A stretch of DNA of 64,000 nucleotides from Zygnema circumcarinatum SAG 698-1b. Its lineage: Eukaryota; Plantae; Zygnematophyceae. Position 1 is the stretch's first letter. Every line of letters starts with the position of its first letter. Shown here piece by piece: positions 1 to 11,089 of this stretch. The stretch spans positions 818,617 to 882,616 of the forward strand of contig CM074818.1 of NCBI GenBank assembly GCA_037447605.1, in the 5' to 3' direction. Both the position numbers and the translations under genes were made by a program. A model generated the notes under the pieces. The model worked only from the letters and a program-made list of their open reading frames with translations. It did not search any database and was not told the origin of the DNA.

Positions 1-51
1 CTGGTAAGTCATTGTTCAAGCTTGAGATTTTTTATGGTTTGGCCTTTGCAG

Positions 52-1015
52 GTTGTAGGAAGCTTTGGTTTCGAGGGACCGGAGAATGAGGCGAAGGAAA
101 GCGTGAAGGAGACGCGCGGGCACGTTGTGAAGCTCGGAGAGAGGGAGTACTCTCCGGAAGAGCTTTCGAGTCTCTTGATGCGAGCGCAAACAAAAGCGGT
201 AATTTTTTTTGTTTCAAAGAACAATTGAAGAACAAGTGAAGGAGTTTACTGCGACCTTTGTTATGCATGGCACGCTTTTCTGCTCGTTAAGTCGAGCTGG
301 GGTGCTTTTGGTTTAATGTGATTTTGAAAATTCACAGAATTTGTGTACAAAAGAACAACTTCAACGAGTCTAAGGAATCCCTATACCTTATAGCCCTTCA
401 TTTTTTAGTTTGCGCTTTTGGTTGATTTTCCGCTTTTCCTCTCCCCTTCAAACTCTCGCACCGTTTCTTGTTGTCCTTCCATTCGCGTCTATATTCTGAC
501 CCTTCATCGTTTTCTCTTTCTCTATCTCTCTCTCGCCCTCTCTCGCTCTCCCTCTCCGGCCTTTTTTTGGGTATCTTAAAGCAGGGCATTGCAAGCTCCT
601 CCAAGCCGGACCATCTCGCGGATGTGATTTTGGAGCAATTCGGAGAACACGTAGCGATTTCGACGGAGAAGCACGGCGATGATATGCAGGAGCTTAAAGT
701 ATGAAAAATTATAAACCAAACAATTCGAAAGTGCCAGAAATCAGAAAGGCAGAAATGGCAGAAACCACAAACTTCAATGCAGAAATTTTCTTTAGAAAAA
801 ACTCAAAACCCAAACCCTAAATCCTTAAAATACTCACCACGCTTGAAAGCGTCTTTTTTGGTTTTTTCCAGGAAACCTTGAAAACAGTTATGGCAAGCCT
901 GCAGATCCAATCCGAGCGACTTGAACGCATGGAGCTCAAGCTTCAATCTGCGACCGTCCCAACGGAAAACGGCACTGCAGAAGATGGAACGGCGGAGGAG
1001 ATTGTCAGAGATTAG
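52..1015 (+). CDS. Last three coding exons (52-198, 585-698, 872-1015) of a gene starting upstream of the window. The C-terminus is coiled-coil-like; possibly the tail of another polycystin/TRPP paralog.
   Basis: Canonical GT/AG sites join in frame to VVGSFGFEG...VVKLGEREYSPEELSSLL...HLADVILEQFG...ETLKTVMASLQIQSERLERMELKLQS...AEEIVRD* (TAG 1013-1015). The family assignment is an inference from the neighbouring genes. Confidence 0.7.
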
Positions 1016-1617
1016 AAGACACGGTCATGATAAACACTGCCACATAACTGAAAACTCAGGAGAGAATGTTTTTGGAATATAGCAGAACGGAGGCGCGACG
1101 TAGAACGTGCCTGAAAAAATGTTGTATCTAATGGAGGGCGAATCTGGGGTTCATTTCATGTTGAAACAATTTTATTTGGATGGGTCCCGGAACAAGGAGT
1201 CGCTCAATTACTTCTGATGATGAGAGATCAGGGCGATGGGCAGGTGATATGGATGGATCATGAGGAATGGGTTGTAAGGAATGGTGGATAGGTGGTTTGC
1301 GTAGAGCCACAGAGAGGGTGATCAGATATTTGCCTAGCAGAAGAGATCAACAACAACAATGTTAGTGGATCTTCATTGTTGAGTGGACTCTTTGCCTCAA
1401 AATCTTTCTCCTTATGATCAATATCGTGTGCATGCGTGTCCCTTATTCGAACCCATGGATTTACTTTCTCATATTCGAAGTGGTTTTAGTGGAATTCAAC
1501 ATCTGTTGGGATTCAATCTCTGCTTGCTATTATTCATCACACTTATATACTTCTGAAAAAGTCTGTGAAGCCTGTCTTGACCACTAAGCTTTCAGCCTGC
1601 ATAGTCAACCTTAGTTA

Positions 1618-1682
1618 GGCAGTGTTTATCATGACCATGTTTTCTAATCGCTGGCAATCTCCTCCGCCGTTCCATCTTCTGC
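1618..1682 (-). repeat. 65-bp inverted copy of 977-1041 (last codons, stop and start of the 3' UTR of the upstream gene)
   Basis: The reverse complement reads gcagaagatggaacggcggaggagattgccagcgattagaaaacatggtcatgataaacactgcc, against gcagaagatggaacggcggaggagattgtcagagattagaagacacggtcatgataaacactgcc at 977 (4 mismatches). Confidence 0.9.
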
Positions 1683-1684
1683 TT

Positions 1685-2080
1685 TTTTGCAATGCAACTT
1701 GGAACGGAAGAGCACCATCATCAACATGAGCAACAACTGACTGAAGCAACGGACAATCAGCAACAAGGAAACGCGAACCCAAAATAAGAGCAACAAGACC
1801 CCAACTACCCAAAAACGCAGTAAGCGCCACACGAACAGTCGGGATGAGTCCCAAACCGCCCGCCGAAATAGGGAGCGAAGCTTGCATACGTGCAAGCGGG
1901 CCCTCCAGCCGATCAAAAATACCAAGATCCAAAAGGCGATGACATACAGAAGACTAGCGCTCGTCAAAAGATTGCAATGTCTCAAGGAAAGGGTGGAAGG
2001 GAGAGTTCGCAAAAGGTAAGAACGATGCAAAGCAAAATAACGAGTAAGCAAAGAAAAAGCTACCGTAGGATTTGAAAGTC
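1685..2080 (-). mobile_element. Degenerate non-LTR retrotransposon fragment (C-terminal part of the RT, CRE-like)
   Basis: Frameshifted peptides ...SYLLRTLP... and QASLPISAGGLGL...VALTAFLGSW resemble the YLLRT and Q..LP...GGLG motifs of CRE-type non-LTR RTs. Confidence 0.55.
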
Positions 2081-2420
2081 GTGGAAAGGACAAGTTACGG
2101 CAGGAAACGTCAGAAAACAGAGCGAAAAATGGCAGAAAAATTAAAACCCGCAGCAAAACAGCAGCAAAACAAAACAAAAGAAAAACAAAAAGGCACACAG
2201 ACAAGAACGACAGAGCAATGCAGCGGGATACGCCACCTGAAAACAAAACAACAACGAGAGGCTGCCACGTGGCCGCAGCAAAGGCGACTGCAGCAGCGCA
2301 ACGGTTGGAAGTATCTATCGTTTTGCTTGGCTTGGCTAGGGGGAAAATGGCATTGATCTCACGATGGTGATCTCATGATGGCATGGGGAACCATGCGGGA
2401 CGTTTTCCCTTTCGCTCGTG

Positions 2421-2508
2421 TGGACGGACGGGCGGACGGACGGGCGGACGGACGGACGGACTGACGGACTGACGGACGGACGGACGGACGGACGGACGGA
2501 CGGACGGC
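2421..2508. repeat. (GGAC)n microsatellite
   Basis: Direct reading of about 20 ggac/ggcg/tgac units. Confidence 0.9.
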
Positions 2509-3218
2509 GGAAGGCGGCAGGTGACGAAGCGGTGGAGCTGCGGCACATTTCGTTTGGAGGTTGGTACAAAACTTTGCGCGTCAGGTTCCGTCTCCGGAGC
2601 TTCCACCAGCTCCTGTCCGGGCGTTTGTTGGTTTTGCAAAGTCTCGCCACCAACAAAGAGGGCTTTCAGCTCTTTTTGGCAGTTTCTGTCAGTGCTAGTA
2701 ACGTAGGGAGTGGCAGCCTTAAAAACCAGTCGGCGTACGGTACGTTACATATGTTGACTTTGGTTTGATAAACAGAGTGGGTTGATCTGGCGGTTTAGAA
2801 GTGGATCAAGAGATCCATGATCATACTTGTACCGGTCTGTTTCTGAGTTTGGTGGAATCAAGCGATCCTTTATCCAGTCAAATAGGTTGTCGGGTCTTGA
2901 CCTCCAACCAATGGTAACCCGTCACGTGTATTACACGTGGCGTGTCCCAATTGGACCATACATTCCTGGTATTGGCGAGTAGTGGTCCGGACCGAACTTT
3001 ATTACTCAACGGAACCGAAAGGATGCCGTACAGTACCGTACAGGAAGGTACAGTAAGGAAATACAAGTACAACTTGTGGCAGGGCAGGCGCACTCTTTAG
3101 GGTTTCGACCTTTCTTTTGTAAAATAAAATCTGCACCAAAAGAGCCGTGTGCTCTGCACTCGCGCGGTGGCCCCTCGCCCTCTCTGGGCACTCCCTCCCT
3201 CTCCGGCCCCGTGCCGCC

Positions 3219-6200
3219 ATGGCGGCGCAGACCGTTATGTTGCGGGACGAGCTTGTTTATGTGGAGGATGAGGAGTAAGTAGGGGGAGGCGAGGGGAGGG
3301 AGAGCGAGACCAGGAGAGGGAGGGAGTGAGGAAGGGATGGAGGAGGAAAGGGAATGGGGGAAGCGGAGAAAGGCAGAGGGAGAAGAGGGACGGAAGGAAA
3401 GGCAGCTCCATTGAAAATCTAATTTCAGGATTTGTTCCAGGGTTCAACTTACGGTTCATGTCTGTAGCAAAAAAAATAGGAACGGGTTGGAATTTTGTAT
3501 TTATGGTTTGCATTGAAGCTGAGACTGCGATGGTGTTGAATGCAGAGTCATATTCGATACAGGCTGCGATGGCGAGCGCAACGTTACCATGGAGGAAAAG
3601 CAAGACTTGGCAGGTCAAAATGATTGTACCAGCAATAACATGAGCACATACAAATATCTAATCTTTGTGTACAAAAGTAACTGTAACGTACTTTCAGAAT
3701 GCAAAGTAACACGGAACGTAAATAGAACATGCAAAACTCGATCGTTTTCCCATTGGAGCAAGAGGACGAGCTGGAGAATGTGGCTGTCATGGTTCCATTT
3801 CCAATCCCAAATACGTTGGGCCAAGTTGAAGCTTTCAATACGAAATGTGTCAACTTGGTATTGACAGGTTTTTGAAGGAGAATGCAGAAATTTATGCCAA
3901 AGTTCATCAGGCCAGCAACCACATTTGGATGTACATTCAGTTGGGATCGTTCGTTCTGTTCACGGCCCTATACATCACGGTGGTGTACCTGCAAGCGAAC
4001 TCATTTCTCACTTATGAGATTTCTACTTCTCATCAAGCTTTGCTTCCGCCAGTGAGTTTTCCTTACGTGCTTCTTCACGATTCTGAGGGTATTAGGGTTG
4101 GATTTTTCTCTCTGTCTCATGCTCTCTCAATACTCTTTTCCTTTTTCAAGTATTCCTCTCACTGGTTTCCTCTCTCTCGTTCTCCCTCGTTCCCATCATC
4201 ATGTCAACTCTTTCCCTCATTTCAAGTTGCAATGGAAACCATAAACTCGATTGTTTTATCCGATTCATGGAAACCCTCAACGACTAAATCCCAAACATCC
4301 TTATACGTCAACCTTGCATTTTTCCTCGCATGAGTGCGACAAAGGGGTCTTTAGGAGATCGTTGGATGTGTAAGTGACTTGTGGGGGGGAGCTTGTATAC
4401 ACCCTAATTTGAATTATTTTTTAATTCATTGTGTGTGGTTTGAACTAATTTAAGGTGTCTGCACGCAGGGCGCAAGTGCGACCGCCCCAGTCATATTCTC
4501 CAAAGGCCCGTCCGAAATATATGATTGGCTAAATGAATCGTTCATTCAGGTTGTTTTCTTCATCGTTTTTCCTAAATTTTTAGGTCCCTACATTCGCTTC
4601 TACATGGTACATTAGTAGAATCGTTTTTTTTTCCTTTCTTTTGGGGTATTAAGAATTGATGAGATCATAATGTGTAACGTGGGTCAGACCTGCAAGATCA
4701 GGATTCGTCCTGCAAGATTAGGGTTGGCCATGCAATATTCTGACTTGAAGTGCCAGGCTTTGACTATGAAGGTCCTGAAATGTGTGAATTTGGCATGCAG
4801 ACGGTGTGGGCGGATCCATTGTGCGGCAACGGCATCTGCGAGTCCCCGACGGAGCACGAACAGTTCGGACGGTTTGGCTGTTTGGCGGACTGCGGCAAGT
4901 TCGCGAACACAACAAGGGTCGTGCTCAGCCTCTCTAACGACTTCACTTCGCCGCAGGAGCAGGCGGCTGCCTCATGGAACCTCTGCATGTCGCGCCCCGT
5001 CGGGTTCTGCTGGTGAGGCCTGCTGCGTGCCAACACTCCTGCAGGGAGTCAGAGCAAGTAGATAGAATGTGTGGAATGTACTGAAGTTATTGCGGGGATG
5101 GTTCCGATTGTTCTTTAAGCTGGGAACAGATTTCGAACTTCTATTCACCGTGAACTTATCTCTCTTCCCTCTCCTACTCTCCTACTGCGCCCACTTGGCT
5201 TATTTTCTGCCTCCCGCGCTCACTCTCTCTTTCCTGTTCCTCTAACTCCCCCTCTCTTCCTTCTCTCCTAAATCTCTTCCTCGCCCTCTTTCCTCGACCT
5301 CTCCCTTGCCCGTATCCCGTTCTCCCCTCTCCCTCTCCCCTAACCCCTCTATTCTCTCTCACTCTTTGTCCCTCTCTCTAATCTCTCCTCTAACATCTCA
5401 CCACTCCCCTCCCCCTTCTGTCTCTCCCTCTCCTTCTCCCACTCCCTCTCCCTCTCCCTATCCCTCTCCCTACTTTTCCAGGTATTCTAGTGACCAGGTC
5501 TTTTTGGACCTCCATCAGGAAAACAACGAGATTCAGTTGGACCTCCCTGATGGCGACTGGAAGCTTCAGCTAAATGCGCCCTCGGGAGGAGTGGAGGGGC
5601 AGATTTTTTTGGCGGGCGATGTGTCGGATCTGCTCCGTTTTGGAGGTTGCAATGAGACTCAGCCGCTGTTCGATGCATGCAGAGAAGTGGGCCCCTGCCC
5701 TGCTTTGAGGGTTTTTAATGTTTCCTGCTTGTTAGGGTATGGCTCTTCAGGGGTCTAGAGGAACATTTTTTTAGGATTTGCGGAATGTGAGGGGAGGGGA
5801 GAGAAGTGAAGTGTACAGTTGAACTGACAATCAGGTGAAGATTGTGATTGTGATTGTTGTGTCAGGCCATTGCGACGCTTAGGGTTACCTGGCGTGTGAT
5901 AGTGAAGGCGTTGCGGGCCTATTCTTTTCCTTCGTCGTGTATTCCTTGTCCTTAAGTAATCATTTATCTAAACTCCTTGAAACTTATAAAGTCTGACATT
6001 GGCTTTTTTGGTTGTACTTTGAAGGCTTGTGCGTCGATCTCGACATGCATTCAAACATATTGCGAGCCATCAGCTGATTATTCTGGCGACCTGAATTATA
6101 CCATATCAACAGCATTTTCGGACTGTGCTACTGTATGCGCTTGGACTCCTGAAGCAGTGTTGGACCTGAACGTGACATCATGCAGCGATGATGTACGGCT

Positions 6201-9200
6201 CTCAATCCTAAACTCGGAAGGTTTGAGTATTTTTTTTTCTCAGTTCTTAAGATCAGGGTATAAAGGAAATAATTTGAACTGACGTTTCTTTCAGAATGGC
6301 TACTTTCGATATCCAGAAATGTAGTTTTGTCAGTTCCATTTTTTATTTGTATCATGTTTGTCTGGGTTGTTTTCACCAGATTTTGTTTTCTGGGGAGAAT
6401 CCGTTTCTCAAAACAGGATCCCTCAAATGCAATTGTAGGTCGCCTTTACCTTCGTCCCGCTTTTTTATCCTAGTTGAGTCTTTACGGCATTGTCTGGGTT
6501 CACTCGTCCAGCATAGGCTCTAAGTGCACTACATACCTCTGTTTTGCTGGAGGACTCTGAATATTACTTTCTTAGTGTTGGAGAAGTTTAGGATTTGAGT
6601 CTTAGTAAACGAGGGAGACAATGATCCATTTGGAGCAGGGACACAAAGTGCTGCTCTTGCACCTGCGCCTGCCCCGACTTCAACCCGATCAGGTCCGCCA
6701 CCTCCAGTCTCACCAGTGAGTGCTCTCTCTCTCCCTCTCTCTCATTCTATCCTTCTCTCCCTCTCCACGGTTCTCTCCTACGTTTCTCACTACCGGCTCT
6801 CAACCTTCACAAACCCTCAATCCTAAATGCTAACCCCTCGGCATACAGACGGTTGGCGGCCGTCGACTCTTTCAGTCCTCCGAAGATGACTACTGGCATA
6901 AGTGCACGGGTGACTCCTCCCTCCGCCTCCTCCTCTTCAACGCATTCTCTGTCGGCCTTTCTGCCCCCCCCCCAGTCCCTCCCTTCGGACCCTCGATTCT
7001 AACCTCCTTATCTTCTCCCCATTCACCTTCCCTCCCTCCACAGCGGCCGCACCCTCCACATCCGCAGCCCAGGATCTCATCTGGTCCGGTCTGGGCCGCG
7101 ACGACGACGAGCGCAACTACCGCATGGACCAAGCCGTGACGCGCGCATTTTTGACATTGATAAAGGACACGTGTATTGGGACTTATAGATTTTCGCAAAA
7201 TCACGCAATATATGGAATGGCAGCCTTCATGAAACTCTATATGGGAGCCTCCAACTCATCGACTAATTTCACCGATACGGAGATGGAGTGGACTGAATTT
7301 GCCACTTGGATTGCAAATGACACCTCAGTATACGGCTTGCTCTCGGCTTTGCACAAGGCACATCCGTGAGTGCGGGAACAGACCATCAACGTTCCAAATA
7401 ATCAAGAAACCTAAGCTTTCTATTAGCGCTCGCACTGGAAAATCCTCAAGCTCTTGAGAAATTGCGGAACCTTGGAGGTTTTAAGTGTTTTTAGAACCTC
7501 TGAAAAACTCGAGCACTATAAACACTTTTAAACGTGAGCTTATTTGTGTTTGCAGCGATCATTTTGGTCGTGATCAAGTCAATCGCTTTATCGACATCCT
7601 TGTTGCAGCCATTGCTTCGGTTGGCACCTTCAAAGATGACTATTTGGTAGATCTCGGAAACTGGCTGCATCGCATGGACGACTGTCTCGCGGATTCGGAA
7701 CGATACACTTGTCGTGAAGGTGACCTTACATTAAAAAATAAAATCGTTGGTTGTTTATGATTCCTGAAGGTTTCTTTTTTCGTTCCAACTTCTTTCAGTG
7801 TTTAATACATCGCATGAACATGATTATTCGTCCCTTCAGTTGCTTTCGGAATCTTCAAATGGTTCGGAGGTTTTAGGATTTTGTACGCCGTGTATAAAAA
7901 GGGTAATTGAGTTTTTTACAATTTAGGATTTGTACATTTTAGAGCATGTTAGATTTTCAGAGACGTGCGTAGTTTCTCACGAAAAGCTGACCATCAATGT
8001 TTTTCCAAAAAAATTGTTGTTGTTTTGCAGCGGATCACGTTCTGCCGTGGGCTTCGGGCTCGCAACTGAACCACACCGTCTCTGTGGGAGACACTGTGGA
8101 GTGGACCTGGACTGACGACAACCCGCACTCCATAGAATGTGCTCTCTCTGTCACTTTTGCCCCCTCATTTACTACCTCGCTCTCTCCTCTCCCTCGTCCA
8201 CTCTCTCTGCCTCCCACTCTCTCCCCTCCTTTTTTATCCAACTCCCTCTCCCCCTTTCTCCCTTTCTCCAGAAACCCTAAAATGTGTGTTAAAAAGTGTA
8301 GTTATTATCGGTATTGAATGTTTTCCGTAATAGCAAGGTTCGACTGTTTTTGTCTTTAGGGTTATCAGACTGCCTTCGTCTTTCATAATTGTACCTGCAG
8401 TGCAAATTATTTACTCTTTGAGCAAGTTTTTAGTGGCCTTTACGAGGCTTTAGAGTTGTGAGAAGTTGATTTCTGCAGCGCTCTTCAGGCGCCTCGCCTT
8501 CATCTCCCTACTCATCTCGTCTTTCCTCCCTCCCTTCTTCTACCTCCCTTCGTCCCTCCCTCCCTCTCCCTCCCTCTCTCCCTTCCTGCCTCCCTTCCTC
8601 CCCTCCTCCCTTTCCGTTCCTCTCTTCCTCCCTTCTCCTCCATCTTTTCCTCCCGTTGCCTTCCTCCTACCCACCCTCTCTCCCCATCCCTTGCTCCCTC
8701 CCTCGCTCACCCAGTTGTGAACAGTTCGGCCCTCACCATTGGCGACACCGCTAAATTTTTCTTGTATGGCTTTGGAGGCGGCCGATGGGCGGTTTCGAGA
8801 AAGACGAAGTGCTCCCCCGACAACCTCCACAAATACGGCGTGGTACCCTGCGTTCTTGGTATGTACTACGTATGTATATATGTATGAATGTATGTATGTA
8901 TGTATGTATGTTTGTATGTATGTATGTATGTATGTATATATGTGTATGTATGTATGTATATATGTATATGCTAGGGTTTCAGAGTGGTCACACGTTGTCC
9001 ACGGCATAGTTTTAAACTGAAAAGTGAAATCGCTTTGCGCAAGCAATGGTCAGCAATGTGATGCAGGGGAATCTTTTTCTGATCCTATCTGTTATTGTGT
9101 TCTCCGTGGCAGAACTTCCATCGGAAGGCCCTTCCACATTCAAATACTGCCACCATTTTTCTCCTAAAGAGTTTCCGGATCCCCCCTATGTTGTTCAGTA

Positions 9201-10713
9201 CTCGTCACGAGGCTATGGCGACTCAAATATCGGATACTTTACTATTCTTGAAAAGCCAAAAAGCCCACCATGTGAGTTCCATCTCCTAATCCATATTCTA
9301 CAAACCGTAAATCCCTAAAAACCCTAAAAACCTTGAACTACTCAAACCTTTCACATGTTCAGTTTTCTTAAGACAAATTTCATGTACTTCAAATGGCTCC
9401 GCTTGACTGCGGGAACAACATCTCGATCCACATTTTGCAGCTTCTTCAACCCCTAAACTTCTTTCTACTCTCAGGCCCTTGTTACAATTTATTTTTAGAG
9501 ATTTCCTGTTCATTTTCTTGCAGATGTTAGCAACAGATCGTACGAAAACTTCGTCCCCATCAATTACCAATGCTCAGAGAACTGCCCCTTGAGCCAACTG
9601 AGCAACGGCAAATGTGACCCAGCATGTAACAACTTCTACTGTGCATATGACGGGGGGGACTGCTCCTGCTCTTTGGATGAGGCCGGCCTCTCGTCCTGCG
9701 CCTGCCCGGCTGGGCAGGCAAGAGGAGACGAAGGCTGTAAGAAACCCTAAAAATCTTGAAAACTGCTTCAAACTCCAAAAACCTGAAAACTGTTCCTCTC
9801 TCTCTCTCCTCTCCCATTCCTCACTCCCACCTCTTTCGCTCTCTCCTCCCTGCTTATCTTCGCAGCAGTCCTCGTCACAGTTCCCTAAATGCCCCACTCT
9901 CGCTCGCTCTTTCTCTCGTTTTCTGCTCTTCTCTTTTCGTCTCTCTCTCTGTCTCTCTCTCCTTCGCCTTCCCTTTTTTCTTCTCTGCCTGCCTCGACTC
10001 CGCTTTTTGTCTCTCTCTGTCACTCTGCCTCTCTCGCTCTCTTTCCATTTTTCTCTCTCTCTACCCCCTTTTCCTCCGTCCTATTTCCCTCGCCCTATCT
10101 CCCTTCTCTTCCTTCCTCCACTCCTACCTTGAAGCTCGACATGTACCCTGTCGCCCACATTTCTGCATTGCATTGATTATTTGTTATTGCTGCAGTGTGC
10201 TGTGTGGGAGGAGCCATTGGTTCAAACTTGCAGTTTACATTTTCCCTTCGAACCTATGGAGAAAACTTGTCCGAGTCCAATGCAAATTTTGCTCCCTCAA
10301 GTACCACCCCTCTCACTCGCACGGTTGCCATTCAAAACAGGTAGATATTTAGATTTTCAAGACCCACGAAAAAAAAAAAAGGCACAAAAAAAGCCTGTAG
10401 TTTTTTCCACTGCCCGAAAAATTCTGTTCTTTTGTTCACTATTCGAAGGTTCCATGATTTTTAAGTGCTGACCCGAAAACTAGAGAGAAATCTCAGTTTA
10501 TTGGAGAAAAATCAGGTGTGAGGGGGATGTACAGGAGGGCAGAGGGGGGGTGAGAGAAGGAGAGGGGAGTTGTGAGAGGAGTGTGGGAGGGGAAGGAGGG
10601 AAGAAGAGGAACAAAAATATACATATTTTTTTTTTGCGCTGCAGAGTGGTAATTGGTCTACTACTTTCACAGGAAAGGACAAGCGGAGATTTGAAATGGT
10701 GTAATCAGGGAAA
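3219..10713 (+). CDS. Polycystin/TRPP (PKD2-like) cation channel, paralog A; 5' part only, 3' end lost in the gap at 10982-11081. Exons: 3219-3274, 3546-3613, 3888-4051, 4469-4549, 4801-5012, 5482-5686, 6025-6220, 6295-6320, 6380-6434, 6606-6715, 6849-6909, 7044-7365, 7556-7719, 8031-8138, 8715-8858, 9113-9271, 9524-9736, 10196-10340, 10645-10713.
   Basis: All 19 exons have GT-AG boundaries and consistent phases. Motifs: S1 TM (YIQLGSFVLFTALYITVVYLQANS), IYDWLN, DPLCGNGICESP..FGRFGCLADCG, LNR repeat (CSENC...NGKCDPACNNFYCAYDGGDC), and the polycystin TOP motif NRVVIGLLLSQER...C. Confidence 0.8.
8868..8970. repeat. (TATG)n intronic microsatellite
   Basis: Direct reading. Confidence 0.9.
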
Positions 10714-10981
10714 GTAAGCCTTTCTATGCGTTTCCCAGTGTTTGACTTTAATTTATATATTCTTTTTATTCAATTATCCTTTTCTACGTTCTGGAACCCT
10801 AGTGGCCTTAAAATCCCTCATATCGTGAGGACATTCAAGGCCAGCTTGATAAGGCTAGAAACTCTGAATATTTGAAACCTTAAAGTTAGCGTATGAAACC
10901 CTAAAAGTATGCTTTGAACCCTTAAGTTAGGGTTTTGAGACTTTCATTTCATGCTTTTTAACCCTGAAGTTAGGATTTTTG

Positions 10982-11081
10982 NNNNNNNNNNNNNNNNNNN
11001 NNNNNNNNNNNNNNNNNNNNNNNNNNNNNNNNNNNNNNNNNNNNNNNNNNNNNNNNNNNNNNNNNNNNNNNNNNNNNNNNN
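10982..11081. other. 100-N assembly gap of unknown true size between the two convergent channel paralogs
   Basis: Run of N. Confidence 0.98.
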
Positions 11082-11089
11082 GAGGTTAC

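Noticed and set aside
3589-3887. ORF 3589-3864 and the start of ORF 3845-4333 as coding sequence
   Set aside because: The homologous stretch in paralog B contains in-frame stops, and phase-consistent splicing is 3613->3888. The conservation reflects recent duplication of an intron.
8139-8154. GTGCTCTCTCTGTCAC resembles a miR156 target site
   Set aside because: It is four bases shorter than the canonical site and lies at the start of a channel intron, not in the SPL gene; probably chance in CT-rich DNA.
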